A program made the position numbers and the translations under genes. From Coprothermobacterota bacterium (GTDB lineage Bacteria; Coprothermobacterota; HKB111), in NCBI GenBank assembly GCA_037446255.1, contig JBBIIY010000001.1, positions 74,550 to 138,549 on the forward strand: a DNA stretch of 64,000 nucleotides, in the 5' to 3' direction. This document shows positions 51,524 through 61,735 of the stretch, in pieces. The first letter of the stretch is position 1; every line of letters begins with the position of its first letter. Under the pieces are notes generated by a model. The model was not told the origin of the DNA. It saw nothing but the letters and a program-made list of their open reading frames with translations, and did not search any database.

Positions 51524-52449
51524 TGGATAAAATATTTGATTTAATTGTGGTGGGAGGTGGACCTGCTGGCTTAACCGCCTGCTTATATGCCCGTAGGTTT
51601 GGTTTGGAAGTACTCCTTATTGAGAAACTCACACTTGGCGGAACTATAAATTTGACTGACCGGGTTGATAATTACCCTGGTTTTCCCGAAGGGATAAATG
51701 GAAAAGAATTAGGAAACTTATTGGCTGACCATTGTCAGAATTATGAAACTGAAACTGTTTACGATGAAGTGAAAAGGATTACTATAGAAAATAACTTATT
51801 TATCTTGGAAGGAGAATTCAGTAACTATCACGCGAAAAGTTTGATTTATTGCACGGGTACCAAGCCTAAAACCACAGGGATTGTTGGGGAGGATAAGTTC
51901 TATGGAAAAGGCGTTTCTTTTTGCGCAGCCTGCGATGCTTATATGTTCAAGGATAAAGAAGTAGCAGTAATTGGCGGAGGTGATTCAGCAGTAGTGGAAG
52001 CAATTTACCTTGCTTCTCTATGTAGTAAGGTATATATAATTCACCGTAGAAACCAGTTAAGAGCAGTAAAATCATTACAGGATAAATTAGTGAAAATGGA
52101 GAATATTTCAATAGTCTGGAATTCTATTCCCTTGAGAATTATCGGAGAAAAGGAAATCACCGGATTGGAGATCAAAAACGTAAAAACAGAAGAAATAGCC
52201 TCCTTAACCATAAAAGGTGTATTTGTTTATGTTGGTGAGATACCTCAGGTTGAATTAATCAAAAACCTGGTGATTCTTGATGATAATGGTTACATCCTTA
52301 CCGATGAGTTCATGCAAACACCTACTCCTGGATTATTTATAGCTGGAGATGTAAGGAAAAAACCTTTTCGCCAGATCGTAACTGCTGTTAGCGATGGAGC
52401 TATCGCAGCTTTTTCTGCCTTTCATTACCTGGAAGAAATAAAAAAGTGA
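51520..52449 (+). CDS. trxB: Thioredoxin-disulfide reductase
   Basis: DLIVVGGGPAGLTA FAD motif, CAACD redox-active site, VIGGGDSA NADPH motif. Confidence 0.9.
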   Translation: MMDKIFDLIVVGGGPAGLTACLYARRFGLEVLLIEKLTLGGTINLTDRVDNYPGFPEGINGKELGNLLADHCQNYETETVYDEVKRITIENNLFILEGEFSNYHAKSLIYCTGTKPKTTGIVGEDKFYGKGVSFCAACDAYMFKDKEVAVIGGGDSAVVEAIYLASLCSKVYIIHRRNQLRAVKSLQDKLVKMENISIVWNSIPLRIIGEKEITGLEIKNVKTEEIASLTIKGVFVYVGEIPQVELIKNLVILDDNGYILTDEFMQTPTPGLFIAGDVRKKPFRQIVTAVSDGAIAAFSAFHYLEEIKK

Positions 52450-53174
52450 TAGTTAAACTCTACGGTTCAACTCACCCCGGTTATCTTAGGAAAAAAAACG
52501 AAGATTTTTATTTTATTGAAGATAATCCTTATCCTCTTATGATGGTTGCTGATGGTGTGGGCGGAGAAAGAAAAGGCGAAGTAGCTTCTGAATTAGCTTC
52601 TCAAGCAATTATTGCTCACCTGTATAATTACCTAAAAAGTGATTTATCCAGAAATAAAGTGAACCTGTTATTAAAGGAAATATTTGATAAAGTCAACCTA
52701 TTAGTATATAAAGCTGGTAAAGGGAGTCCAGATTTCCACGGAATGTGTACCACTCTGACTCTTTCATTGATCTATAATAAAAAACTTTTTGTCGCCCATA
52801 TTGGAGATTCCCAGGCTTTCATTATCAGGAATAACCGTATTACTACTCTTACAAAACTGCATACTTTGGCCAATTCTATGAAAATTAAATCAGAAGATCA
52901 TCCCTACAGTCATGTTCTAACCCAGGTTATCGGGCAAAAGAAATCTCTTTTGGTTGAATCCCGGTCTGTTGTACTCAACAAAAAAGATATCATTCTTCTG
53001 TGTACTGATGGTTTGGGAAAATATGTGTCGCCCAGAGAAATAAAAAAAATAGCCATTAGCTCTGATGTTCACGATCTTCCAGAATTGTTGATTGGGGCTG
53101 CTTTAGCCAGGGGAGGTCACGATAATATTACCGTGGCTGTTGGTATTGTTGAGGAACTTGAGAATAATGAGTGA
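52446..53174 (+). CDS. PP2C-family Ser/Thr protein phosphatase
   Basis: MVADGVGG and CTDGLGKYV metal-binding motifs. 242 aa. Confidence 0.8.
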   Translation: MIVKLYGSTHPGYLRKKNEDFYFIEDNPYPLMMVADGVGGERKGEVASELASQAIIAHLYNYLKSDLSRNKVNLLLKEIFDKVNLLVYKAGKGSPDFHGMCTTLTLSLIYNKKLFVAHIGDSQAFIIRNNRITTLTKLHTLANSMKIKSEDHPYSHVLTQVIGQKKSLLVESRSVVLNKKDIILLCTDGLGKYVSPREIKKIAISSDVHDLPELLIGAALARGGHDNITVAVGIVEELENNE

Positions 53175-55191
53175 TTATATAGGTAAATATAAAATAATCA
53201 GAGAGCTGGGTTCTGGTAGTATGGGAATAGTGTTTCTGGTAGAAGATGAAGAAAAACAAGCTTTATTTGCTCTTAAAAAAATGAAACCTATCCATTTCCT
53301 TGATGGATTTAAGATTAATAGATTTGAAAATGAAGCTCAACTGATATCTCAACTTAACCATCCAAACATTGTCAAAGTATTAGATTTTGGAAAAGAAAAC
53401 GGGATTCCCTTTCTTGTTATGGAGTATATGGATGGAGGGTCACTCAGTGATCTACTTACTTTTGGTGTAATGGGCATACCACATGCAGTTTATTTAATAT
53501 CAACAATTATGGAGGGTTTGAAATATGCCCATTCTGTTGGTATAAGACATGCAGATTTGAAAACCAGCAATATATTATTAAAGAAAGATGGTCAGGTTAA
53601 AATTACTGATTTTGGATTAGCAACTATTGTAGTAACCTCTGATAGGATGGGAACCCCAGCTTATATGGCTCCAGAACTCATTACCAATGATAAAGTTGAC
53701 CAGAGAGCAGACATTTACTCTTTAGGAGTAATTCTCTACGAAATAACCACTGGAAAATTACCTTTTCAGGGTAAAACCGCATATGAGGTTTTACAGAAAC
53801 ATTTAAAAGAAAGACCATTACCACCCTCAAGTATTATTCCTAACTACCCCAGGGAGTTAGAAGATATAATTTGTAAAACTCTTAAAAAAGACCCTGAAGA
53901 ACGGTATTCCTCAGTTAAAGAAATGATGACTGATTTTAATAAACTCCCTACAAATATGAAATCTCCAGGTTCATCCTTTGGAATTGAGCTGTCTTTAAAA
54001 ACTTTTCCCGAAAAAGCTGAAATATATTACGATAATATATATAGAGGTCTTACCCCTGTTAAATTACTGGATTTGCTTCCCGGTGAAGGTTCTTTGTTGA
54101 TAAAAAAATATGGCTATCAGGACATTATTCAAAAATTTAATTTTAAATCTCCTGCCTCTATCAACTTGAATTACCGCTTGAAATCCTATAATTTGCCTCT
54201 TTATGAGATAGACCTGGGGAATATTCCTGCATGCAATTTCTGTTTAATGGATAACTCTCTATTGGTGGGAGCCAGACACGGTGAATTGATAGAAGTGGAT
54301 CTGGATTCCGGGTCAATCATTTCCAGTATTTTTGTAGGTGGTGAATTTACCAAAAGCGTTACTTGTATAGATGGGTTTGTGGTTTTAAGCTTTAAAGATG
54401 GCAGGATTGCTTTTTTGAGAACATCTAATATTCCTCCTTATTTAAAGGGAAGCAGTATTTATAAATTGTTTAACCCGGGAGAAACTATAGCAGGAGAAAT
54501 ATTATCAAATTATTCAAGAGTTTATATTGGAACAGATAACGGTAGTTTGTACTGCCTTAAGTCTTCTTCAGGAGAAAGTGTATTCAAGCGCGTTTATGAT
54601 ATTCCTTTAAAAGAAATTCATTTATTTCCCCAAAACGATATTATTTATTTATCTTTTTATAATGGGTTATTTAAAGCTCTTGATAGTTTATTGGGAGAAG
54701 AAATCTGGACTCTGGAAACTACCAGTTCTTATTATTTAACTCCAATATTTCATGAGGGGAAAGTGATTCTTGTTTCTAAAGAGGGTATTATTTATTACCT
54801 TTCAGCTAAAGATGGTAAGATTATCTTCAGGCATTACCTGAACAAACAGGTGAAGTCAATAGTAGCCTTAGATGAAAACAATATATATTTATATACTTCC
54901 AATGGAACTCTGATATCTGTAAATATTATCCGTCAGCAGTTTTTATGGGAAACCCGTATGACCTCTAAAAGTTCACTTACTACTACAGTTTGCTATCCTG
55001 GGCATATTGTAGACCAGGTCATTAATCTCATACTCGGTTCCGGGTTATGGATTAAAATTGATAAAGTAAACGGTAGAGTTCTATTTGAGCATGATTTTGG
55101 TGTCGCTGTTAATACTAAACCAATTGAAAAAAACGGTATTTTTTACCTTATTGATGATTCAGGTAAGCTTTATGCTATTCCTCTTACCTGA
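53167..55191 (+). CDS. Hanks-type Ser/Thr protein kinase with C-terminal PEGA domain and PQQ-like beta-propeller repeats (no TM, no PASTA)
   Basis: Kinase motifs GSGSMGIV, ALKK, HADLKTSNILL, DFGLA and APE. PEGA-like segment IELSLKTFPEKAEIYYDNIYRGLTPVKLLDLLPGEGSLLIKKYGYQD. Repeated G.LY.L...G PQQ/BamB-like blades. The ATG at 53167 is preferred over the TTG at 53140. Confidence 0.8.
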   Translation: MSDYIGKYKIIRELGSGSMGIVFLVEDEEKQALFALKKMKPIHFLDGFKINRFENEAQLISQLNHPNIVKVLDFGKENGIPFLVMEYMDGGSLSDLLTFGVMGIPHAVYLISTIMEGLKYAHSVGIRHADLKTSNILLKKDGQVKITDFGLATIVVTSDRMGTPAYMAPELITNDKVDQRADIYSLGVILYEITTGKLPFQGKTAYEVLQKHLKERPLPPSSIIPNYPRELEDIICKTLKKDPEERYSSVKEMMTDFNKLPTNMKSPGSSFGIELSLKTFPEKAEIYYDNIYRGLTPVKLLDLLPGEGSLLIKKYGYQDIIQKFNFKSPASINLNYRLKSYNLPLYEIDLGNIPACNFCLMDNSLLVGARHGELIEVDLDSGSIISSIFVGGEFTKSVTCIDGFVVLSFKDGRIAFLRTSNIPPYLKGSSIYKLFNPGETIAGEILSNYSRVYIGTDNGSLYCLKSSSGESVFKRVYDIPLKEIHLFPQNDIIYLSFYNGLFKALDSLLGEEIWTLETTSSYYLTPIFHEGKVILVSKEGIIYYLSAKDGKIIFRHYLNKQVKSIVALDENNIYLYTSNGTLISVNIIRQQFLWETRMTSKSSLTTTVCYPGHIVDQVINLILGSGLWIKIDKVNGRVLFEHDFGVAVNTKPIEKNGIFYLIDDSGKLYAIPLT

Positions 55192-55217
55192 TATTTTTAA
55201 ATGGAGGCATATTTTTA

Positions 55218-56489
55218 ATGGGAATACTTATAAAAGGGACTTTCTTGGTTCAATCTTCGGGGAAATTGGAAAAAAAAGATGTTTATCTTAAAGAAGATAA
55301 AATAGAATCTATCGCCAACACGCTTCACGCTTATGAAAATGATAAGATTATTGATGGCAGCAATAAATTATTGGTACCAGGCTTAGCTAACTGCCATACT
55401 CATCTCTCTATGACTCTCTTAAGAGGTATCGCAGATGATATACCCTTGAAACAATGGTTGGAGAATGAGATCTGGCCTGTTGAAGAAAAATTAAAACCCG
55501 AAGATGTTTACTGGGGAGCCATGTTGGGTATTGCCGAAATGATTAAGGGAGGTACAACTGTTTTTGCGGATATGTATTTTCCCGAAGATGAGGTAGCTAA
55601 AGCTGTGGCAGAAACAGGCATAAGGGCTTGCCTGGCACCGGGTTTAATTTACCATAATCCTGAAAATGGTGAAAAAAAACTAAAGGAAAATATTAATTTT
55701 ATCAAGAAATGGGAAGGTTGGAAGAACTTAATTACTACAGCTTTTGGACCTCATGCTCTTTATACCTGTCCTCCAGAGTATATAAGAGAGATCGTAAAGG
55801 AAGCCAGTAAATTAAATGTTTTAGTGCACTTTCATTTCCTGGAAGCCGCCTGGGAAAGAGATTATTGTATAAAAAACTATGGATTGAATCCCTTAGATTT
55901 CTTTAAACAAGCACATTTATTTGATACTCATACCTTGATCGCCCATGGGGTGCACCTCACCCTGGAAGAGTCTTGTGAGTTGTCACCATATAAAATTTAT
56001 CTTGCTCATAATCCTACCAGTAACCTGAAATTGTCTTCTGGAATAGCTCCTATTTCAGGGTTTTTAAAAAATGGCTTAAAACTTGTACTGGGGACTGATG
56101 GTACAGCCTCCAATAATGATCTGGATATGTGGGAAGAAGGAAGATTAATGAGCTTTATCCAGAAAGGTGTTTCAGGTGACCCAACAGTATTAAATGCCAA
56201 GCAGTCATATAAAATAATGACAGAGAATGGGTATTATGCTTTAAAATTGAAAGGTGGAAAAATTGAAGAGGGGTATCTGGCTGATTTAATCCTCATTGAT
56301 TTAAATGCGCCTCACCTTACGCCTATTTACAATGGGTTCTCCCACCTGGTTTATGTAGTACATCCCGAAGATGTAAAAACCACCATTGTTGGTGGCAAAA
56401 TACTCATGCATGATAGAGAATTACTGACCATTGATGAAGAAAAAGTTTTAGGTAAAGTTAGAGATATTGCGAGGAGGTTAAAGCAATGA
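55218..56489 (+). CDS. mtaD: Amidohydrolase, probable 5'-methylthioadenosine / 5'-deoxyadenosine / SAH deaminase (MtaD/DadD-like)
   Basis: LVPGLANCHTHLSMTLLRG metal-binding HxH, 423 aa chlorohydrolase-like, directly upstream of mtnP-mtnA. Confidence 0.7.
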   Translation: MGILIKGTFLVQSSGKLEKKDVYLKEDKIESIANTLHAYENDKIIDGSNKLLVPGLANCHTHLSMTLLRGIADDIPLKQWLENEIWPVEEKLKPEDVYWGAMLGIAEMIKGGTTVFADMYFPEDEVAKAVAETGIRACLAPGLIYHNPENGEKKLKENINFIKKWEGWKNLITTAFGPHALYTCPPEYIREIVKEASKLNVLVHFHFLEAAWERDYCIKNYGLNPLDFFKQAHLFDTHTLIAHGVHLTLEESCELSPYKIYLAHNPTSNLKLSSGIAPISGFLKNGLKLVLGTDGTASNNDLDMWEEGRLMSFIQKGVSGDPTVLNAKQSYKIMTENGYYALKLKGGKIEEGYLADLILIDLNAPHLTPIYNGFSHLVYVVHPEDVKTTIVGGKILMHDRELLTIDEEKVLGKVRDIARRLKQ

Positions 56490-57274
56490 AAATTGGAATA
56501 ATTGGTGGAACAGGGGTTTATGCCCTGGAGCATATAGAAAACCCGCTGGAGATAAAAATTGATACTCCTTTTGGTACAATTTCTCCCAGCGTAGGTATTT
56601 ATGATGATATGGAGGTAGCTTTCCTTCCTAGGCACGGGTCAGCTCATTCCATACCCCCGCATAAGGTAAATTATCGGGCCAATATCTATGGTTTAACTAA
56701 ATGGGGTGCTCAATATGTATTTTCTACTGCCGCTTGCGGTTCTTTAAAAAAAGATTTTGGACCCGGACACCTGGTGGTTTTGAGTGACTTTTTAGATTTT
56801 ACCAAAGGCAGGACCTCTACTTTTTATGAAGGTGGGGATGATGAGGTAGTTCATATTGATGTTTCCGAACCTTATTGTCCTATCTTGAGAAAGATTGCAT
56901 ATCTTTCAGGTATGGAGCTTAAATTACCCATACATTCTTCTGGGATTTATGCATGTTTTGAAGGTCCCAGATTTGAAACTCCTGCAGAAATAAGAGCTTG
57001 TCAGGTTCTAGGTGCAGAGTTGGTGGGAATGACCAATGTTCCTGAAGTTGTATTAGCCCGTGAAGCAGGTTTACATTACGTAACCATTGCCATATCCACA
57101 AATTATGCTGCTGGAATCTCCTCTACTCCCTTAAGTCATGAAGAGGTTTTAGGGGTAATGAAAACTGCAGGCGATGCGGTAACTAACCTGATTTTTAGCT
57201 CTATCAAAAAGGTTAAAACAATTAAAGAGATTTGCAGTTGTGAAGAACATAAAAAAAGATTGCCAGGGTTATAG
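56486..57274 (+). CDS. mtnP: S-methyl-5'-thioadenosine (or thioinosine) phosphorylase
   Basis: MKIGIIGGTGV start and PNP/MTAP-family motifs (HSIPPHKVNYRANI, GMTNVPEV). 262 aa. Confidence 0.85.
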   Translation: MKIGIIGGTGVYALEHIENPLEIKIDTPFGTISPSVGIYDDMEVAFLPRHGSAHSIPPHKVNYRANIYGLTKWGAQYVFSTAACGSLKKDFGPGHLVVLSDFLDFTKGRTSTFYEGGDDEVVHIDVSEPYCPILRKIAYLSGMELKLPIHSSGIYACFEGPRFETPAEIRACQVLGAELVGMTNVPEVVLAREAGLHYVTIAISTNYAAGISSTPLSHEEVLGVMKTAGDAVTNLIFSSIKKVKTIKEICSCEEHKKRLPGL

Positions 57275-58286
57275 TCTTGATGGCATCAGAATATTCCCCG
57301 ATAGAACAGAGATTCTAAATCAACTCCTGTTACCCTTTATTGAAGAGTGGATAATTGCTTCTAATTATCGGGAAGTGGTTAAAGCCATTAGAGATATGGT
57401 TATTAGAGGAGCTCCCATAATTGGCGCTGCTGGAGCTATAGCTATGTATCTGGCAGTTTTGGAGGGTGTAGGGAAACAGAATATTCTTCAACATCTCAAC
57501 CATGCCTATCAGGAGATTATAAAGGCTAGACCTACCGCTCGTGAACTTACTTGTAGAACAGATGAAGTATATATAGCTGCTGAACAAAATATTTTATCTG
57601 GTAATGACTCTTTTTTAGCAGAAGAAGCCTATAAAGTTGTGTTAAAGATTTTTAGAGAAGGAATAGAATCTACCGAGCAAATAATTGAAAAGGGAGTATC
57701 TCTTTTTACTAAAAAAAGCAGTATTTTAACCCATTGTAATACTGGAAGCCTGGCAGTGTTAGGGCGGGGTACAGCTTTAGGAATTATTAAGGAGGCTTTT
57801 AAGAGAGGACTGGTTAATATGGTTTATACTGATGAAACCAGGCCTTTTCTTCAAGGTTCAAGGTTAACCAGTTATGAATTGAATAAAGAGGGCATACCCC
57901 ATAGAATTATTGTTGATAGTTCTGCTCCTTACCTGATAAGTAAAGGGCTGACGGACATGGTAATTGTCGGAGCGGACAGGATATCCTCTAATTTTGATGT
58001 TGCTAATAAAATCGGGACTTATTCTCTAGCCTTAGCCGCTCACCATCATAAAATCCCTTTTTATGTGGCTGCACCTATAGTAACTATTGACCATCAGTTA
58101 AAATCTGGTGAAGAAATTATTGTTGAAGAAAGAAGCGGAAATGAAGTGCTTTTTTTGAACGAGACTAGAATTGCCCCTGAAGGGGCGAGTGCTTTGAACT
58201 ATTCTTTTGATATAACTCCCTCTAACTTTATAACTGCTATTATTACTGAAAAGGGTATAATTTACCCAGAAAAATATTTTAAATGA
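57240..58286 (+). CDS. mtnA: S-methyl-5-thioribose-1-phosphate isomerase (eIF2B-like)
   Basis: RGAPIIGAAGAI, CNTGSLA and GADRI motifs. 348 aa. Confidence 0.85.
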   Translation: MKNIKKDCQGYSLDGIRIFPDRTEILNQLLLPFIEEWIIASNYREVVKAIRDMVIRGAPIIGAAGAIAMYLAVLEGVGKQNILQHLNHAYQEIIKARPTARELTCRTDEVYIAAEQNILSGNDSFLAEEAYKVVLKIFREGIESTEQIIEKGVSLFTKKSSILTHCNTGSLAVLGRGTALGIIKEAFKRGLVNMVYTDETRPFLQGSRLTSYELNKEGIPHRIIVDSSAPYLISKGLTDMVIVGADRISSNFDVANKIGTYSLALAAHHHKIPFYVAAPIVTIDHQLKSGEEIIVEERSGNEVLFLNETRIAPEGASALNYSFDITPSNFITAIITEKGIIYPEKYFK

Positions 58287-58298
58287 GGTAAAAATTTA

Positions 58299-58715
58299 AT
58301 GGTTATTTTTGAGTATTTGTATAATTCGTTTCTGAGGTTTTTCCCAACACTTTTAATGGTTTCCACTCTAATCATCGGGTATCAGTTTTTTCGCGTATCT
58401 TATGAAATGCACAAAAATAAAATTAATAGGGAAAGAAGCGTTTTTTATATGGGAGTAATTCTATACCTGGTCTTCTTTTATCTTTTTTTTATGGAAATAA
58501 GGTTGGATGCAATAATAAATCCCTCCTGGCTGCCATTTTTCTACCTTTTATGCTCTTTATTCTGGTGGCTTGCTTCTTTGATAACCGAAAAGTATCTACC
58601 GAGCATGTTTTGTATTGATATACCACTTCATGTGGCTAATAGTTTAATTTCCCGGATGGTGTTTTTTCTATCCTTAGTACTTATATTTATTAAAATTGTT
58701 TTTAGTATTTTTTAA
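58299..58715 (+). CDS. Hypothetical small membrane protein (4 predicted TM)
   Basis: Hydrophobic segments only, no recognisable motif. Confidence 0.35.
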   Translation: MVIFEYLYNSFLRFFPTLLMVSTLIIGYQFFRVSYEMHKNKINRERSVFYMGVILYLVFFYLFFMEIRLDAIINPSWLPFFYLLCSLFWWLASLITEKYLPSMFCIDIPLHVANSLISRMVFFLSLVLIFIKIVFSIF

Positions 58716-58738
58716 TCATTTTAATCAGGAGGTATACC

Positions 58739-59878
58739 TTGAATAAATATTTTTATGGTCAGATTTATACTCCGGAATATTATGGTTTAGGAAGGATAAT
58801 TATTGATGATAGCATCATCACTTCCATAACTTTGAATAAAACACCTCCCCGCCAGGAATTTTCCGGAGGGGTTGATTGTATTATAGCACCTGGATATATA
58901 GACCTTCATATCCACGGTGCTCTAGGTCATGATGTAATTGAAGGCACACCCGAAGCCTTTAATGCTATTTCAAGGTTTGAAGCTTCCAGTGGGTGCACTG
59001 CATTTTTACCCACTCTACTATCTTATGATAGAAAAGTTATGTGCGCAATCATTAAAGATTACCCTGAACTTTCCAGTGGTACAAGTGGTGCCGTTCCCCT
59101 CGGATTGAATCTTGAGGGTCCTTTATTGAACCGTGAATATCATGGGGCAATGGATCCAAGATTTTTTTGTAACAGCTCTTATGACTTGTTGATAAACATG
59201 CTATCTACAGGAGTGGTTAAGTTCATGACTGTAGCTCCCGAGCTTGATTGCGCTTTAGAGGTTATTGAGTTTATGCACCAGAAAGGTATTGCTGTGGGTT
59301 TTGGGCATAGCGGGGCTAATCTTGAAGAGGCTTCTAAGGCTCTAGTTTTAGGGTCAGCTAATCTTACACACACCTTCAATGCTATGAAATCAATTCATCA
59401 TAGAGAACCAGGTCTGGTAGGCTTAGGGTTGATGGCTTCAAATTGCAAGGTTTCTTTAATAGTGGATGGAGTACATTTGCACCCACTAATTGTAGATATG
59501 ATTTATAGGTTGAAAGGTAAAGAAAATACTTATCTTATATCAGATGCGGTTTCGGGTTCGGGAATGGAACCCGGGACTTACAAATTAGGAGCTTATGAAG
59601 TAATCATTGATGAATTTTCCAGCAAGTTAGCCAAAAGCAAAACGCTTGCTGGGAGTATATTAAAAATGGATAAAGCAATTAGAAATTTTATCAGTTATAC
59701 CGGAGCAAAGCTGTCTGACGCCTTCCACATAGCTTCAACTACGCCCGCATCAGTTATTAACGATACTACCAGAGGAAAACTGGAAATTGGAAAACGAGGA
59801 GACCTGGTTATTTTAAATAAAAATCTGGAAGTTTTGCATACCGTAGTTGGTGGAGAAACGGTATATTCTAATAAATAA
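58739..59878 (+). CDS. nagA: N-acetylglucosamine-6-phosphate deacetylase
   Basis: GYIDLHIHGALGHDV metal-binding motif and amidohydrolase fold. TTG start with AGGAGG 5 nt upstream. Confidence 0.8.
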   Translation: MNKYFYGQIYTPEYYGLGRIIIDDSIITSITLNKTPPRQEFSGGVDCIIAPGYIDLHIHGALGHDVIEGTPEAFNAISRFEASSGCTAFLPTLLSYDRKVMCAIIKDYPELSSGTSGAVPLGLNLEGPLLNREYHGAMDPRFFCNSSYDLLINMLSTGVVKFMTVAPELDCALEVIEFMHQKGIAVGFGHSGANLEEASKALVLGSANLTHTFNAMKSIHHREPGLVGLGLMASNCKVSLIVDGVHLHPLIVDMIYRLKGKENTYLISDAVSGSGMEPGTYKLGAYEVIIDEFSSKLAKSKTLAGSILKMDKAIRNFISYTGAKLSDAFHIASTTPASVINDTTRGKLEIGKRGDLVILNKNLEVLHTVVGGETVYSNK

Positions 59879-59883
59879 AATAA

Positions 59884-60741
59884 TTATTTTTTCCTGAATT
59901 CTTCATAATTAACCAACACAGTGCTGGAAACAATCAATACTGCTCCCAAGAGGGGAATCGTGGTCAACCTTTCGCCTAAGACTAAAGCTGCAAAGATGAA
60001 ACCAAATACTGGTTCTAAAAGATAGATGAAACCTGCAGAAACCGGATTAATACTTCTCTGGCAATGTATCTGTAAATAAATTGTCAGTACTGAAGCTAAA
60101 GTAGCCAGGTAGAGTACTGGTCCCAGAGAGGAAATAAAATTCATCAGGGTAGGTATCTCTAATCCCCAGATATTAGGAAGAGTGGTAAAGAGAAGAAAGC
60201 CAAGAGTAATCTCCATGGTGGGAAAACCCTTGCTTAGTCTGGGTATTAGTGAAATCTGGAAAGCATAAGCCAGGGCGCAAATTAAAACTAATATATCTCC
60301 TTTGTTAATCATAACTTTCCAACCTCCAGGCATTATTAACAAATAAAGACCTGAAGCCCCTAAAACAATACCTCCTATAACGGTGATGTTTATTTTTTTC
60401 CTGAAAAAGAGCCATTCAATAAATGGTACCAACAAAACAGAAGTTGAAGTTATAAAAGCAGCATTTGTTGCAGTAGTGTACAATAAACCTACAGTTTGAG
60501 TTCTGAGAGCTATAAAATTCAATAATCCCAGCAACCCTCCTTTTATCAATGCCTGATAAAGGTTTTCTCTTTTTTGGAAAAATAAATAATAAGAAAATAA
60601 TAATAATGTGGCAATACCGTATCTTAGAAATAGTAAAGATGCAGGGGATAGGTAATTTAAAGCTATCTTGCTGAAAGTAAAAGTTGTACCCCAGATAAGG
60701 GTTACCAGTAAAAGCCCAAGGGAAGCATTGGTTTTAGTCAA
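59884..60741 (-). CDS. EamA/DMT-family transporter
   Basis: 285 aa, 10 TM, duplicated EamA halves. Confidence 0.8.
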   Translation of the reverse strand: MTKTNASLGLLLVTLIWGTTFTFSKIALNYLSPASLLFLRYGIATLLLFSYYLFFQKRENLYQALIKGGLLGLLNFIALRTQTVGLLYTTATNAAFITSTSVLLVPFIEWLFFRKKINITVIGGIVLGASGLYLLIMPGGWKVMINKGDILVLICALAYAFQISLIPRLSKGFPTMEITLGFLLFTTLPNIWGLEIPTLMNFISSLGPVLYLATLASVLTIYLQIHCQRSINPVSAGFIYLLEPVFGFIFAALVLGERLTTIPLLGAVLIVSSTVLVNYEEFRKK

Positions 60742-60932
60742 TATTATTTAATCCTTTCCAAGTTTCCTAATATCATTTATTAATTATAAAGGCAAATGCA
60801 AACTATTTATACAAGGCATATCGGGGATTAAAATTATTTATTTAAAAAATGGGTTTAAAAGTAAAAACTTGAATATTTGAGGGTTTTGGTTTATACTTAA
60901 ACAAATAAATTAATCGGGAGGAAATACTTATA

Positions 60933-61730
60933 ATGACCTACGACCTGGAAAAAATTTCTGGTTTACCTTTACTACTTAATGAAGAAGGAAAGCTGAACAG
61001 CACTAATGATGGTTTTTGCCTTCCAACCCCAGCTTTGAGAAAAGTAGAGGATCTTTTGTCGGTTCTATCCTGCAATACCGATATGGATCCCTCACAAATA
61101 GCTTACTATATGTATCGTGGTATCTTTCTAAAAGAACATGACTGTTTATTTAAAGAAACTGGTCTTAGATATGACATAACCATTTTATTACCGGGGGTTC
61201 TTGGCAAAGAAAATGTCAAAACCTTAGGACATTACCACTCCAGGCCTGAGTTTTCCTCATATTCCTACCCCGAGGTCTATGAAGTACTTCATGGTGAAGC
61301 ACTTTATGTTTTACAGAAAAAAAATGGTGAGTCCATATTAGATATAATTTTAGTCAAAGCTTCACCCGGTGAAAAACTTCTAGTTCCTCCCGACTATGGT
61401 CATGTAACTATTAATATTGGGAATACTCCGCTGGTCATGAGCAATCTTATGGCTTCTAATGCTACTTCAGTTCATCGGGAATATCTGGAAAAGAAAGGTG
61501 CAGCCTACCATGTTTTTGTTGATAATAACCATGGTTTAAAGTACGATGGTAATAATAGGTATGGTCCACTTCCCTCGATTAGAGAAGTTACCCCTAAACT
61601 GAATGAATCTCTTGGTTTATTTGCTGAGTTTTCGCTTTACCAATCTTTTGTGATTGCACCTTACAGATTTAAATACCTGGTAAGCCCTCAGGAACAAGGT
61701 GATTTATTAACCCGATTCCTTAATTCATAA
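60933..61730 (+). CDS. Cupin-type phosphoglucose isomerase (archaeal cPGI family)
   Basis: cPGI signatures TLGHYHSRPEFSSYSYPEVYEVLHGEA (GHxH...ExY) and VPPDYGHVTIN (PPx3Hx3N). Confidence 0.65.
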   Translation: MTYDLEKISGLPLLLNEEGKLNSTNDGFCLPTPALRKVEDLLSVLSCNTDMDPSQIAYYMYRGIFLKEHDCLFKETGLRYDITILLPGVLGKENVKTLGHYHSRPEFSSYSYPEVYEVLHGEALYVLQKKNGESILDIILVKASPGEKLLVPPDYGHVTINIGNTPLVMSNLMASNATSVHREYLEKKGAAYHVFVDNNHGLKYDGNNRYGPLPSIREVTPKLNESLGLFAEFSLYQSFVIAPYRFKYLVSPQEQGDLLTRFLNS

Positions 61731-61735
61731 TCTAA

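Noticed and set aside
57240-57274. Alternative later start for mtnA to avoid the 35-nt overlap with mtnP
   Set aside because: There is no in-frame ATG/GTG/TTG downstream before conserved MtnA residues begin, so the overlap is retained.
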